In this document: positions 1 through 9,756 of the stretch, piece after piece
How positions within the stretch are numbered: position 1 is the stretch's first letter
Layout of the letters: each line of letters begins with the position of its first letter
From: an uncultured bacterium
GTDB taxonomy: Bacteria > Fidelibacterota > UBA2242
Assembly (NCBI GenBank): GCA_964588795.1
Contig: CAZPQN010000010.1
Location: forward strand, 1,148-65,147
DNA: 64,000 bases
Direction: 5' to 3'
The notes under the pieces: generated by a model
What the model saw: the letters and a program-made list of their open reading frames with translations, nothing else
The model's database searches: none
What the model was told of the DNA's origin: nothing
Translations under genes and position numbers: made by a program

Positions 1-1551
1 GTGAAGGAAATGCACGGGGAGTTTCCCTTTCCGGAAGCGACCGCCACGACGGAAGTGCTGGTGGCCGGTGAAGCAGGCGGGGAGCAGGCCCAGATCCTCG
101 CTATTGCGGCGGTCATCGGCGGTTTGTATGATTTCTGTGTTTCCGCCTTAGGGTTGTGGAAAGAGGTTGTCACGACCCAGGTCTTTAGCTGGGGTCAGGT
201 TCTGGCAGATAAAATCAAGTGGCTGTTGAAAATTAATATTGGAGCAGCGGTAACCGGTCTGGGCTATATCATCGGATTGCGCTATACGCTGATCATCGCT
301 TCGGGTTCGTTTTTGGCCTGGTGGGTGCTGGTGCCGGTGGTGTTTTTTATCGGGCAGTATATTCCTGTTCCCATCCTGCAGTCGACACTGCCGATCAGCC
401 AGATGAATGCCAATCAGATATTTGCAGATTATGTCCGCCATATCGGTATTGGAGGCATCGCCGCGGCTGGAATTATCGGGGTCTTGAAATCATCCGGCAT
501 CATCGTTGGTGCGTTTGGACTGGCGGGGCGGGAGATTTTCGGAGGTAAATTAAGTCAGGCCGGTCCGACAATGGCGCGCACCCAGAAAGACATTTCGATG
601 AAATGGGTGGCGGCTCTGATTTTGGTGACGGTATTGTTGATCCTGGCCTTTTTCCTTTTCGGGGTAATGCACAATAACCTGACGTACGCCCTGACCGCCC
701 TGGGGATCGTGTTAGTGATTACTTTTTTATTCACGACGGTATCCGCCCGGGCGATTGCGATTGTCGGCTCCAACCCGGTTTCCGGTATGACGCTCATGAC
801 TCTGATCCTGACTTCGGTGATCCTGGTGAAAATCGGATTGGTGGGTGAGGCGGGGATGTTAGCGGCCTTGCTGGTGGGCGGCGTGGTTTGTACGGCGTTG
901 TCCATGGCTGGCGGCTTTATTACCGATTTAAAGGTCGGTTACTGGTTGGGAACGACGCCGCAGAGGCAGGAAATTTCCAAAGTGATTGGGACGTTTGTCT
1001 CGGCCGCCGCGGTGGGGCTGGTCATTCTGCTTTTGTACAAGACCTATGGTTTTGGACCGGGTGGGTTGGAAGCGCCGCAGGCTTCCGCGATGGCGGCGGT
1101 GCTGCAGCCCTTGATGACCGGCGCCCAGGCGCCCTGGTTATTGTACCTGGCCGGAGTGTTTTTGGCTGTCATTCTGAATTTTATTGGCGTGCCGCCGCTG
1201 GCGTTCGCTTTGGGGATGTATTTGCCTATTCATCTGACCTTCCCGCTTTTGGTGGGTGGATTGATTGGTTATTTTGTAACCCGCGGCAAAGACAAGGAGC
1301 TGTCTGAAAAGCGCCGGGAACGCGGGACCCTGATCGCTTCCGGTTTTATCGCTGGCGGGGCGATTATGGGAGTGGTGGCGGCCATCATCCTGTTTGTAGG
1401 ACGCAAATTCAGTGATGATACCTGGAGTCTCATGCGGAGTCTCGGCACTGAAAAATGGAGCGCGTCACCCGGGGCCGAAATCCTCGGCTTCGTGATGTTT
1501 GCCTTGCTGTGTCTGTATCTCTACTGGGATAGCCGGCGGGTCAAACGCTGA
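1..1551 (+). CDS. OPT-family oligopeptide transporter, 5'-truncated by the window edge
   Basis: The ORF runs from base 1. The product is a polytopic membrane protein with the OPT-superfamily 'GSNPVSGMTLMTLIL' core motif. Confidence 0.65.
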   Translation: MKEMHGEFPFPEATATTEVLVAGEAGGEQAQILAIAAVIGGLYDFCVSALGLWKEVVTTQVFSWGQVLADKIKWLLKINIGAAVTGLGYIIGLRYTLIIASGSFLAWWVLVPVVFFIGQYIPVPILQSTLPISQMNANQIFADYVRHIGIGGIAAAGIIGVLKSSGIIVGAFGLAGREIFGGKLSQAGPTMARTQKDISMKWVAALILVTVLLILAFFLFGVMHNNLTYALTALGIVLVITFLFTTVSARAIAIVGSNPVSGMTLMTLILTSVILVKIGLVGEAGMLAALLVGGVVCTALSMAGGFITDLKVGYWLGTTPQRQEISKVIGTFVSAAAVGLVILLLYKTYGFGPGGLEAPQASAMAAVLQPLMTGAQAPWLLYLAGVFLAVILNFIGVPPLAFALGMYLPIHLTFPLLVGGLIGYFVTRGKDKELSEKRRERGTLIASGFIAGGAIMGVVAAIILFVGRKFSDDTWSLMRSLGTEKWSASPGAEILGFVMFALLCLYLYWDSRRVKR

Positions 1552-1576
1552 TAATGATTTAGCAAAACCCGCGTAG

Positions 1577-1957
1577 CTAATTGTTCTGAGCGCCCGTGTT
1601 GATCCAGTCTTCGATGATCCTGATTTGGGTTGTAGTCAGGGGCGTCCGACCGAGCGGCATCCGCTCGCCGCGGGGCGGCTGTTCCATGGCCACCTTGAGA
1701 TAAAGCAGACTGTGATCAGCATCGCCGGGAACCACGACCACGCCGTTATCACTGCCGCGCATCAGCCCGGCATGGTTCGTTAGGTCAAGGTGAATATTCT
1801 GGTCGGAAGTATGGCAGAATTTGCAGTCGCGTTGCATGAAAATCGGCTCGACATCGCCCGCATAGCTGTAAGTATCGCGAGTATTTTCATCGCACGCTGA
1901 TACCATCAAAAGCATCAGACCGGCAATTAAAAGAATCAGGTAATTCTTCAATGACAT
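1577..1957 (-). CDS. PSCyt1-type monoheme cytochrome c-like lipoprotein
   Basis: Signal peptide with a lipobox (LMVSAC), one CxxCH motif (CKFCH) and the PSCyt1 signature '...IEDWINTGA'. Confidence 0.5.
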   Translation of the reverse strand: MSLKNYLILLIAGLMLLMVSACDENTRDTYSYAGDVEPIFMQRDCKFCHTSDQNIHLDLTNHAGLMRGSDNGVVVVPGDADHSLLYLKVAMEQPPRGERMPLGRTPLTTTQIRIIEDWINTGAQNN

Positions 1958-1969
1958 ATTTGCTCCTCG

Positions 1970-2890
1970 TTAGATTTTTTGGGTAAGGCTAATGGCGGTA
2001 ACCTGTCCGGCGTGTCCGATAGAAAGGGTGCTTACATCCAGCTGGAACGACCGCCAGCGGTAACCAGCGCCGAACGAGCTGGCCCCGAAAAAGCTGGTAA
2101 GGGTTTCCTGCGAGCCGATCTGAAAACGGCGCGTCGAGGTTCCCCAACGTAGAAAGTAGGTGTCGCGGAAGTTGAATTCGCCGCCGATCTTGATGGTGTT
2201 ATTGGCTACTGCCCGATGCATCAGATCACCGGTAAGCGTCATTGGTAAATGGGCTAATTTTTTAGACACACCGACCATCAGCAAGGGCCGAAGCTCTTCG
2301 CGCGTTCCGCCGAATCCTGCGGTCATATTCCCGAAATTCGTATAGCTCACTCCAACGGCGATGGTTGATACCGGTTCGTAATATAACAGCCCGGCTGAAC
2401 CCAGCCAGGCGGTAGCCTGTTGAGCTCCAATCCGACTCTGTGCCCGTGTCGTTGACAAACCGGCACTTAAACGACGGCTGATCTGATAACCATAGGCAAG
2501 TCGCAGGTACAGGTCGCCGGCGCTAAAGGTTCCGAGGGTATTGTTGGCCTCATCGGTTTCGGTAAAATCGCTGTAGTTGAGGTAACCGAGGTGAAAACCG
2601 ACGTGGCCACGATTCCTGGCGAGTGGTAGGATCGCGATCAGGTTGGTGGAACGAATATCCAGTATATAGGCGGTTATAGTGGTTTGCCAGAGTCGTTCCG
2701 AGCGGGTTAGCAGGGCCGGATTAAAGGTGATACCAGAAGGCCCGCCGGCCAGCCCGTTCAGTGCGGCTCCCAGCGCCCAGCCACGCGCATCCACCGGTTG
2801 ATCCAAGCCCTGAAAGAGCGCCTGGGCCAGCACCATCTGGCCTAACAGTATGCTCAGCGTGACGAGACTGACTTTAAATTTGCTCAGCAT
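1970..2890 (-). CDS. PorV/PorQ-family-like outer-membrane beta-barrel protein
   Basis: Signal peptide. The N-terminal 'ARGWALGAALNGLAGGPSGITFNPALL' resembles the PorV/PorQ motif (ARxxAMGGA...NPAGL). The rest alternates in a beta-strand-like pattern. Confidence 0.4.
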   Translation of the reverse strand: MLSKFKVSLVTLSILLGQMVLAQALFQGLDQPVDARGWALGAALNGLAGGPSGITFNPALLTRSERLWQTTITAYILDIRSTNLIAILPLARNRGHVGFHLGYLNYSDFTETDEANNTLGTFSAGDLYLRLAYGYQISRRLSAGLSTTRAQSRIGAQQATAWLGSAGLLYYEPVSTIAVGVSYTNFGNMTAGFGGTREELRPLLMVGVSKKLAHLPMTLTGDLMHRAVANNTIKIGGEFNFRDTYFLRWGTSTRRFQIGSQETLTSFFGASSFGAGYRWRSFQLDVSTLSIGHAGQVTAISLTQKI

Positions 2891-3764
2891 TTTCTTGCGT
2901 TATTTCTTCTGCGTTCCACTTCTGCAATATGCTTTTGTTCCGGTGGCGGATGCTCAAATAAGCCAAGAACACCAATCCGGGTATAATTAACCACAAAAAA
3001 TTCTGAATGTCCAGAAGAAATATCCAGGTGAAGTGTTTAGTCAGATATTGCTGGTACAAATCGGAGAATGTTTCGTCGGTGGCGATGATTTCAGACAGGA
3101 CTGCATCGAAATTAGTGCCCTGTTGCATGCGCTGGAGGATGGTCGAAACGGTTGAGGAACCATAAATGCTGATGAGAAACTCCACGGCTCCGGCGCATTC
3201 CGCATAAGCCAGTTCCGCCTGAGCAGAGGGAAAATGCAGGAGCTCATCCAGCTGCTCAAGCGGGATGAGGCGTTTGCTCCAGAGCGCCCGTGAGAGAGTT
3301 ACACGCTGGTCAATGTCGAATTCCCCGGTCAGGTAAGTCGCCAACCCCTCGTTGAACCAGGTTGGTGTCAGGTTAAGAGGCACCTGCTTGCCCTGGAGCA
3401 GATGAACCAGTTCGTGGCGCAAGGCTGTGCGATAGGCCCGCAGGGTCGAACGCGTCAGGTCGGGAGTCTTAATCACGATCACGCCCGGCGGGAAAATGGT
3501 CACGGCGCTGGCCCACTCCGGCAGAGCCGTTTGGGTATATTTTTCGAAATCGTTTTCCTGCGCTGTCAGCACGATTTTAACCGGTGCCGCGTCAAGTGCC
3601 AATTTGTCGGTGATCTCATTGATCAAGACTTCGGCGGCCTGGCGGGTGAACTGTCCGAGTTGGTTATATGCCGCAGGACATTTGACCTCCACTGGCGCAT
3701 TAGTGTTGGCTAATCCTGTTGCCATACAGAGCAGGCAGAGGCTAACCAGCCATGCGGTCTTCAT
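2874..3764 (-). CDS. Zinc metallopeptidase (gluzincin/peptidase MA-like), exported, C-terminal TM anchor
   Basis: Signal peptide, a HExxH motif (HELVH) followed by NEGLATY (third zinc-ligand Glu), and a C-terminal hydrophobic helix. Overlaps the next gene by 17 nt, so likely one operon. Confidence 0.5.
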   Translation of the reverse strand: MKTAWLVSLCLLCMATGLANTNAPVEVKCPAAYNQLGQFTRQAAEVLINEITDKLALDAAPVKIVLTAQENDFEKYTQTALPEWASAVTIFPPGVIVIKTPDLTRSTLRAYRTALRHELVHLLQGKQVPLNLTPTWFNEGLATYLTGEFDIDQRVTLSRALWSKRLIPLEQLDELLHFPSAQAELAYAECAGAVEFLISIYGSSTVSTILQRMQQGTNFDAVLSEIIATDETFSDLYQQYLTKHFTWIFLLDIQNFLWLIIPGLVFLAYLSIRHRNKSILQKWNAEEITQENAEQI

Positions 3765-6196
3765 AAAAGGTCCATCGGGTCAATGTCAATCGTAAGCCGC
3801 GCCTGGTGGCTGAGCGAACTATAGGTTTTAGAGTTCAATAATTGCTGAAGGAGGGCACGCAGGAGGTAACCGTTGGGATCATGTTCTTTGCGGGATTTGA
3901 GGATCAGGAGATAGCGATAGCGGTTGTTCAGCCGGCTCAAGGCTGCCGGCGCCGGGCCGCTGATTTCAATCTTACCTCGGAGCGGCAGGAGAAAATCGGC
4001 GACTTTATGCGCCACAGAATCCGCCCGCTGATCGTTCAGATCAGACACCTGAATCAGTGCCAGGCGGCTGAAGGGAGGATAATTGAGAGGATTGCGCTCG
4101 TTGAGCTCGCGATTGATGAACATTTCCAAGTTTTGCTGAACGGCAGCGCGGATCGCAAAATCCTGCGGATTGAAGCTCTGAATGACGATTTCGCCCTGTA
4201 TTTCACCGCGCCCGGCGCGCCCTGAAACCTGATATAGCAACTGAAAAACCCTTTCGCGGGCCCGGAAATCGGGCAAGTACAAACCGATATCGGCGTTGAT
4301 GACCCCCACGAGAGTCACGTTGGGGAAGTCCAGGCCTTTGGCGATCATCTGAGTACCGATGATGATTTGGATTTTATTCTGCTCGAAGCGGCGCAGGATG
4401 CGCTGTGTGTAGTCCCGTTCCTGTTTGGCATCGAGATCGAGGCGACTGACTATCGCGGAAGGGAACAAGTCTTTCAGAACGGTTTCTACTTTCTGGGTCC
4501 CCACGCCGGGGAAAAGGAAACGATTGGATTGACATTGAGGGCAAACGGCGGGAGGACGGGTGGTCAGATAACAATAGTGGCAGAGCATCAGGGCCTGTTT
4601 TTTATGGTAGGTCATGGGAATGTCGCAGTTACGGCACTCCTGCACCCAGCCGCAGTCAGCACAAAGCAGGACATGGGAATAACCACGGCGATTCTGCAGT
4701 AGCAATATTTGCTGGTGGCGATCGAGCGTAGTTTGGATTTTTTCCACTAACAGACGCGATAAGGGATTTTGGGAATTGCCGGTGGCGTTGAATTCCTGCT
4801 TCATGTCCACGATATGGATAATGGCGTTTGGGGCTTTGGAGTAACGGTGCGGCAGTACCAGGCGGGATAATTTGCCGGTGGCGGAATTATAGTATGTTTC
4901 CAGGCTGGGCGTGGCGGACCCCAGTACCACCGTTGCCTGGCACACCTGGCCACGGAGCAAAGCGGCGTCGCGGGCCTGGTAACGCGGTTCCTGTCCTTTT
5001 TGCTTAAAGGAAGTGTCCTGCTCTTCGTCCACGATAATCAGCCCCAAATTGGGAATCGGCAGAAATATCGCACTGCGCGCGCCGATTACAACCGGATACT
5101 CACCTTTCTGGATGGCTTGCCAGATATTACTGCGTTGCGCGGTGGTGAGATTGCTATGCCAGATGGCGATTTTATCGGCAAATTCTCCCCGGAAACGTCC
5201 GGCCAGGTGGGAAGTCAGAGTAATTTCCGGAACAAGAACCAAGGCTCCTCGTCCCCGATGCAGTGCCTCATGAATAAGTTTGAGATAGATTTCGGTTTTA
5301 CCGCTCCCCGTGACGCCCTCAAGCAGAAAGGGAGCGAATTTTTCCGCGGTCAGCGCCTGGCTGATTGTCTGGACCACGTGCTCTTGGTCGGGAGACAGGG
5401 TAATTGCTTTTTGGCGCGCAGTGTAATCCTGCCAGAGATTTTCAATTGTGCGGGCTTCGTAAGTAATGTTGATCAGACCCTTTGCCTGCAGGGCAGAAAG
5501 GGCGTTGGCCGAAAATGAATAACGATAGGCATCAGTAATCAGGCCGTTGGCTGACAGCAAGGCACTGATGATCTCCTGTTGCCGACGGGCACGGGAACTG
5601 ATGGTCAGCTCGGACACCGGGGCGGTCAGTTGAATTCGTTGCGGCGGAGCATTGCGGGTTCCACGCAAACGGAAGACCGGCGCTTCCTGGATGTAGCCGT
5701 TATTTTTCAGTGCAGTCAGTCCAGCTGACAGATAATCCGGAGCAAATTTGCGCTTTAAGTTCCCAAAGAGCCGCGCGCCTTTCTGAGCGATATAGTCATA
5801 CAGGTCACGATAGGCAGAAAGATCGGTGGCAGATCGGTCAGTCGGGCTAAGCTGACGGTTCTTTAGGAGCCGGTACTCCGCCGGGATGGCGGCCGCCAGA
5901 ACCTTCCCCAAGGGGCATAAATAATAATGTGCCAGTTTCTCAAGAAAGCCAAACAGTTCGACTGGGAAGAGCGGAACGAGGTCGATGAGCTCTTCGATCT
6001 GTTTGATTTCGCGATCGGCGGGTGGGATTGGTGAGGTTCGCCAAACAAAGGCCATTGTTTTACTGTTTTTAAGCGGAGCAATGACCCGCTGGCCGATGAA
6101 AACGGGTCCGTTGTAGGCCGGTGGCAGTTGGTAGGTATAGCTTTTGTGTACCGTCAACGGCAAAACGACCTCGATATAGCGTTTTTCAGGATTCAT
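3761..6196 (-). CDS. priA: Primosomal protein N' (replication restart helicase PriA)
   Basis: 811 aa. Walker A (GVTGSGKT), DEEQD helicase motif and the PriA-specific Cys4 zinc-finger cluster (CADCGW...CRNCD...CHYC...CPQC). Confidence 0.9.
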   Translation of the reverse strand: MNPEKRYIEVVLPLTVHKSYTYQLPPAYNGPVFIGQRVIAPLKNSKTMAFVWRTSPIPPADREIKQIEELIDLVPLFPVELFGFLEKLAHYYLCPLGKVLAAAIPAEYRLLKNRQLSPTDRSATDLSAYRDLYDYIAQKGARLFGNLKRKFAPDYLSAGLTALKNNGYIQEAPVFRLRGTRNAPPQRIQLTAPVSELTISSRARRQQEIISALLSANGLITDAYRYSFSANALSALQAKGLINITYEARTIENLWQDYTARQKAITLSPDQEHVVQTISQALTAEKFAPFLLEGVTGSGKTEIYLKLIHEALHRGRGALVLVPEITLTSHLAGRFRGEFADKIAIWHSNLTTAQRSNIWQAIQKGEYPVVIGARSAIFLPIPNLGLIIVDEEQDTSFKQKGQEPRYQARDAALLRGQVCQATVVLGSATPSLETYYNSATGKLSRLVLPHRYSKAPNAIIHIVDMKQEFNATGNSQNPLSRLLVEKIQTTLDRHQQILLLQNRRGYSHVLLCADCGWVQECRNCDIPMTYHKKQALMLCHYCYLTTRPPAVCPQCQSNRFLFPGVGTQKVETVLKDLFPSAIVSRLDLDAKQERDYTQRILRRFEQNKIQIIIGTQMIAKGLDFPNVTLVGVINADIGLYLPDFRARERVFQLLYQVSGRAGRGEIQGEIVIQSFNPQDFAIRAAVQQNLEMFINRELNERNPLNYPPFSRLALIQVSDLNDQRADSVAHKVADFLLPLRGKIEISGPAPAALSRLNNRYRYLLILKSRKEHDPNGYLLRALLQQLLNSKTYSSLSHQARLTIDIDPMDLL

Positions 6197-6223
6197 GGCT
6201 AACGCCTAAGATTATCCAATAAA

Positions 6224-6266
6224 CCGAAAAAACACAAGACGAAACATGTCAGTTTCGGACTTGTGT
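6224..6266 (-). terminator. Rho-independent terminator downstream of rplI
   Basis: Imperfect GC-containing inverted repeat (CACAAGUCCGAAAC...GUUUCGUCUUGUG on the minus strand) followed by a U6 run. Confidence 0.6.
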
Positions 6267-6292
6267 AAAAGGAGCTGGCGATCGGGGGCGGT

Positions 6293-6736
6293 TTAGGCCT
6301 TTACGACCCAGAGTTTGACAGTCGCGGTGACCTCGGGGTGAATCCGGATGGGAATTTCAAAGATTCCCAGCGCCTTGATGGGTTCTTCCAGCTGAATGTG
6401 GCGCCTATCGATGTCATAGCCCTTTTCCTGGAGCTGATCGGCAACCATCTGGGCGGTAACCGCCCCGAAAACGCGGTCTTCTTCGCCGACCTGCACCGGC
6501 ACGGTCAGAGACAGCGCCTGGAGTTTTTCCGCCAGTTCTTGGGATTTGCGCAAGGCTTTTTGATTGCGCAGGTCCTTGAGGCGGATTTCTTCCTGGATGC
6601 GTTTAAGGCTGGAACTATTAACGGGCAGGGCGATTCCCTGCGGAATTAAATAATTGCGGGCGAAGCCGCCTTTGACATCTAGGGTATCACCAATTTTACC
6701 TAATTTTTCCTGGTCTTTGATTAAGATGACGCGCAC
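6293..6736 (-). CDS. rplI: 50S ribosomal protein L9
   Basis: 147 aa. N-terminal 'MRVILIKDQEKLGKIGDTLDVKGGFARNYLIPQGIA' is the L9 signature. Confidence 0.9.
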   Translation of the reverse strand: MRVILIKDQEKLGKIGDTLDVKGGFARNYLIPQGIALPVNSSSLKRIQEEIRLKDLRNQKALRKSQELAEKLQALSLTVPVQVGEEDRVFGAVTAQMVADQLQEKGYDIDRRHIQLEEPIKALGIFEIPIRIHPEVTATVKLWVVKA

Positions 6737-6756
6737 AGAAACCTCCTGTCTGCCGG

Positions 6757-6993
6757 TTATTTGTAGCTTTGAATAACATCGTAACTGTAAGGTAACAGCG
6801 CAATATTGCGGGCGCGTTTGATCGCCCGGGTCAGTTCACGCTGGTGCCGGGCGCAGGTGCCGGTGATGCGGCTGGGAATGATTTTTCCCTGTTCAGTTAC
6901 GAAGCGCCGTAGCGTCTTGTAGTTTTTATAATCGATTTTCTCGTCACGATTTTCGCAGAATTTGCAGATTTTGCGTTTACTCAGTAATGCCAT
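6757..6993 (-). CDS. rpsR: 30S ribosomal protein S18
   Basis: 78 aa. 'CKFCE...[33 protein letters not shown]' is S18-typical. Confidence 0.9.
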   Translation of the reverse strand: MALLSKRKICKFCENRDEKIDYKNYKTLRRFVTEQGKIIPSRITGTCARHQRELTRAIKRARNIALLPYSYDVIQSYK

Positions 6994-7040
6994 GACGTTT
7001 CCTTTCTAATGGGTTTGATGGATGAAATTATTGCACCATT

Positions 7041-7379
7041 TCAGGCGCTGGTTGCGCTGACCGGTTCGTCAACCGGCTTGGCAACCGGTTTTTCTTCCAA
7101 GATGACCGTAATAAAGGCCAAAATGCTCTGGTTCAGTCGCATCCAGGCTTCCAGCTCGCGGATGATCTGGGCATCGGTGGACTCGAATTGCACTAAAATA
7201 TAGGTGCCGTAGCGATGTTTCTTGATCTGGTAGGCCAAGCGGCGTTTGCCCCAGTCCTCCAGATTGAAGACCGCTCCATTCAGCCTGGTGATCTCAGCCT
7301 TGACAGCTTCAATCAATTGGGCCAGACGGTCTTGTTCGATGTTGGGGTTGACAATAAAGAGATTTTCGTAGTACCTCAA
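7041..7379 (-). CDS. rpsF: 30S ribosomal protein S6 (probable TTG start)
   Basis: S6-like 'LRYYENLFIVNP' N-terminus. TTG at 7379 is preceded by AAAGGAG. The longer ORF to 7418 would overlap pth. Confidence 0.8.
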   Translation of the reverse strand: MRYYENLFIVNPNIEQDRLAQLIEAVKAEITRLNGAVFNLEDWGKRRLAYQIKKHRYGTYILVQFESTDAQIIRELEAWMRLNQSILAFITVILEEKPVAKPVDEPVSATSA

Positions 7380-7395
7380 ATCCGTACTCCTTTGT

Positions 7396-8022
7396 TTAAG
7401 AGATTTGTTTGTTGGCAACGGATGGCGTGGCGGTGCGGTGCGTATTGTCGGCGGGACGCAGGTCAGTTCGATTACACTGACTCATGACGTCGGCGAAATC
7501 ATGCTCGGGCAGGGTCAATAAACAGTTTACAGCTGATTGAATGACCGCGGTGACCAGCGGTAGTTCTTCCTGGCGAAAAGCGCTGAGCACGAAATCTTCG
7601 GAGGGTACGCCGGGAGTCTGCGGGCCGATGCCCAGCCGCAGACGCGGTACGGCGGCGCCTCCCAAATATTCAATCACCGATTGCATACCGCGATGTCCGC
7701 CGGCAGAGCCGCCCGTCCTTAGACGCAGTTTCCCCAGTGGCAAATCAAGGTCATCATAGACGATCAACATTTCCGATGGTTGAACAGACAATTTCTGCCT
7801 CAGCGCCCGAGCCGCCAAACCGCTTTGGTTCATATAGGTTTTATTCTTGGCCAGCCAGAGCGCCTGGTGTTGATCCCGGACGATCTGCACAGGTTTCCGG
7901 GCCGGTGGAAAAGTCAGGGCCTGGTGCTGGAGATAGGCATCCACGACCAGATGGCCGATGTTGTGCCGGTGATTACGGTAAGCTGTTCCGGGATTACCCA
8001 AGCCGAGAATGACCTTTATCAT
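7396..8022 (-). CDS. pth: Peptidyl-tRNA hydrolase
   Basis: 'GLGNPGTAYRNHRHNIGH' Pth signature. Confidence 0.9.
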   Translation of the reverse strand: MIKVILGLGNPGTAYRNHRHNIGHLVVDAYLQHQALTFPPARKPVQIVRDQHQALWLAKNKTYMNQSGLAARALRQKLSVQPSEMLIVYDDLDLPLGKLRLRTGGSAGGHRGMQSVIEYLGGAAVPRLRLGIGPQTPGVPSEDFVLSAFRQEELPLVTAVIQSAVNCLLTLPEHDFADVMSQCNRTDLRPADNTHRTATPSVANKQIS

Positions 8023-8043
8023 AAAAAGGGGAATTTAGATAGC

Positions 8044-8703
8044 TCATGCACGGGTTGATTTTTTTTCGGCGGGTTCTTCGGTGGCTGGCTCGCCTTCACC
8101 TTCCGCCTCCTCAGCGGCAGCTTCGGCGGCGACCTTGGCCTCCTCTTCTTCCTTGGCACCGGTCGGCTGGACTACTGATACTATCGAAGCGGTGGGTGCG
8201 GTAAGGATAGTAACCCCTTCTAATTTGATCTGCCCGGCATTGATTGACTGACCGAGGTTAAGGTCAGTCACGTCCAGGGTAATGGTATCCGGGATGTCGG
8301 TGGCTTTACATTTTACCTGCAATTCCCAGAGATGCTGTTCGAGTATGCCGCCGAATGTTTTGACTCCCACCGCTGTGCCCGTGACGCGAATTGGTACCGA
8401 AACGGTAATCAGTTCATCCATGGAGACGCCCATAAAATCGACATGCAGGATCGCGTCACTGACCGGATCGTACTGGACTTTACGGAGGATGCATTTATGG
8501 CTTTTTTTACCGATTTGCAGATCGTAGACATGGGCTTTGGAATGCAGTGCGGTAGTCAGTTCTTTTTGATCCAGAACAATGGCTACCGGGCTGGTGTGAT
8601 GGAAGTAATAGACGGCCGGAATTTTACCCGCACGGCGCAAGCGCTTGGTGGCACCTTTCTGCAGGTCAGGGCGGGGTTCGGAATTTAGTTTGAACTCTAA
8701 CAT
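8044..8703 (-). CDS. rplY: 50S ribosomal protein L25 / general stress protein Ctc
   Basis: L25/Ctc N-terminal beta-barrel domain plus an acidic, Ala/Glu-rich C-terminal tail. Sits in the conserved prs-ctc-pth arrangement. Confidence 0.85.
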   Translation of the reverse strand: MLEFKLNSEPRPDLQKGATKRLRRAGKIPAVYYFHHTSPVAIVLDQKELTTALHSKAHVYDLQIGKKSHKCILRKVQYDPVSDAILHVDFMGVSMDELITVSVPIRVTGTAVGVKTFGGILEQHLWELQVKCKATDIPDTITLDVTDLNLGQSINAGQIKLEGVTILTAPTASIVSVVQPTGAKEEEEAKVAAEAAAEEAEGEGEPATEEPAEKKSTRA

Positions 8704-8718
8704 TAAATACTCCTTGTC

Positions 8719-9660
8719 TTAGAACTCAAATAGTGAACTTATTGATTCTTCACGATGAATACGCTTGATCGCCTCGGCCAACATGGGTGCGGCGGAAACG
8801 ATCTCCAGTTTGGGGAAAATATGCTGTTCGGGAATCAGAATGGAATCAGTGACGACGACCTTATCAATAGGAGCGGCGGTCAGCCTTTCGATGCACTGAC
8901 CGGAGAACAGACCATGCGAAGCGACCACTATAATGGACTCCACACCGCGTTCTTGCAGGAGCCGGGCGGCTTCGGTGACACTGCCGCCGGTATCGATCAT
9001 ATCGTCAATGACCAGGGCTTTTTTAGCAGTGGCATCGCCAATGATATTCATGACCTCGGCCTTGTTCGGATGCGGACGGCGCTTATCAATGATGGTCAGG
9101 GGTAAACCTAAGATTTTGGCGTAGGAGCGGGCGATCTTGATCCCGCCGACATCAGGGGTCACCACGATGTATTCGTCGTCCCGAACCAGCTCTTTTAGAT
9201 ATTCGACAAATATGGTTTTGGCGTACAGGTGGTCGAACGGAATGTTTACAAAGCCTTGGATTTGAGTGGAATGCAGGTCCATAGCCATGATCCGATCGGC
9301 TCCGGCACTGACGATCGCATCCATAACCAGGCGCGCTGAAATCGGCACGCGGGGCTGGTCCTTGCGATCCTGCCGGGCATAACCGTAGTAGGGTATCACG
9401 GCAGTGATGCGGCGGGCCGAGGAGCGGCGCGCGGCATCCAAAATCAGGAGTAACTCGAGAATGTTTTCCGCCGGTGGATTGGTGGATTGCACGATGAAAA
9501 CGTCCTTACCACGGATGTTCTCCTCAATTTTGACCCGGATTTCACCATCGCTGAAATTACTTATGGAAATAGCGCCGGGCGTCGTGCCGAGCAGGTCCAC
9601 AATCTTGTGCGCTAAGGTGGGGTTGGAACGTCCGGTGAAGATCCTGGCTTGCATGTCCAT
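8719..9660 (-). CDS. prs: Ribose-phosphate pyrophosphokinase (PRPP synthetase)
   Basis: Prs N-terminal 'MDMQARIF...SNFSDGEIRVKIEENIRGKDVFIVQST' and the PRPP-binding loop. The start was moved to ATG 9660 (the in-frame ATG at the Prs N-terminus), because the longer ORF to 9855 runs through the tRNA. Confidence 0.9.
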   Translation of the reverse strand: MDMQARIFTGRSNPTLAHKIVDLLGTTPGAISISNFSDGEIRVKIEENIRGKDVFIVQSTNPPAENILELLLILDAARRSSARRITAVIPYYGYARQDRKDQPRVPISARLVMDAIVSAGADRIMAMDLHSTQIQGFVNIPFDHLYAKTIFVEYLKELVRDDEYIVVTPDVGGIKIARSYAKILGLPLTIIDKRRPHPNKAEVMNIIGDATAKKALVIDDMIDTGGSVTEAARLLQERGVESIIVVASHGLFSGQCIERLTAAPIDKVVVTDSILIPEQHIFPKLEIVSAAPMLAEAIKRIHREESISSLFEF

Positions 9661-9685
9661 ATTTATCTCTTTGGTTAATTGCATG

Positions 9686-9756
9686 CTCGGGGACCAGGAT
9701 TCGAACCTGGATGGACGACTCCAAAGGCCGTAGTCCTGCCGTTGGACGATCCCCGA
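9686..9756 (-). tRNA. tRNA-Gln (anticodon UUG)
   Basis: Hand-folded cloverleaf: 7-bp acceptor stem (TCGGGGA/TCCCCGA), 4-bp D stem, 5-bp anticodon stem, loop CU-UUG-GA, 5-bp T stem with a TTCGAAT loop. CCA is not encoded. Confidence 0.8.
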
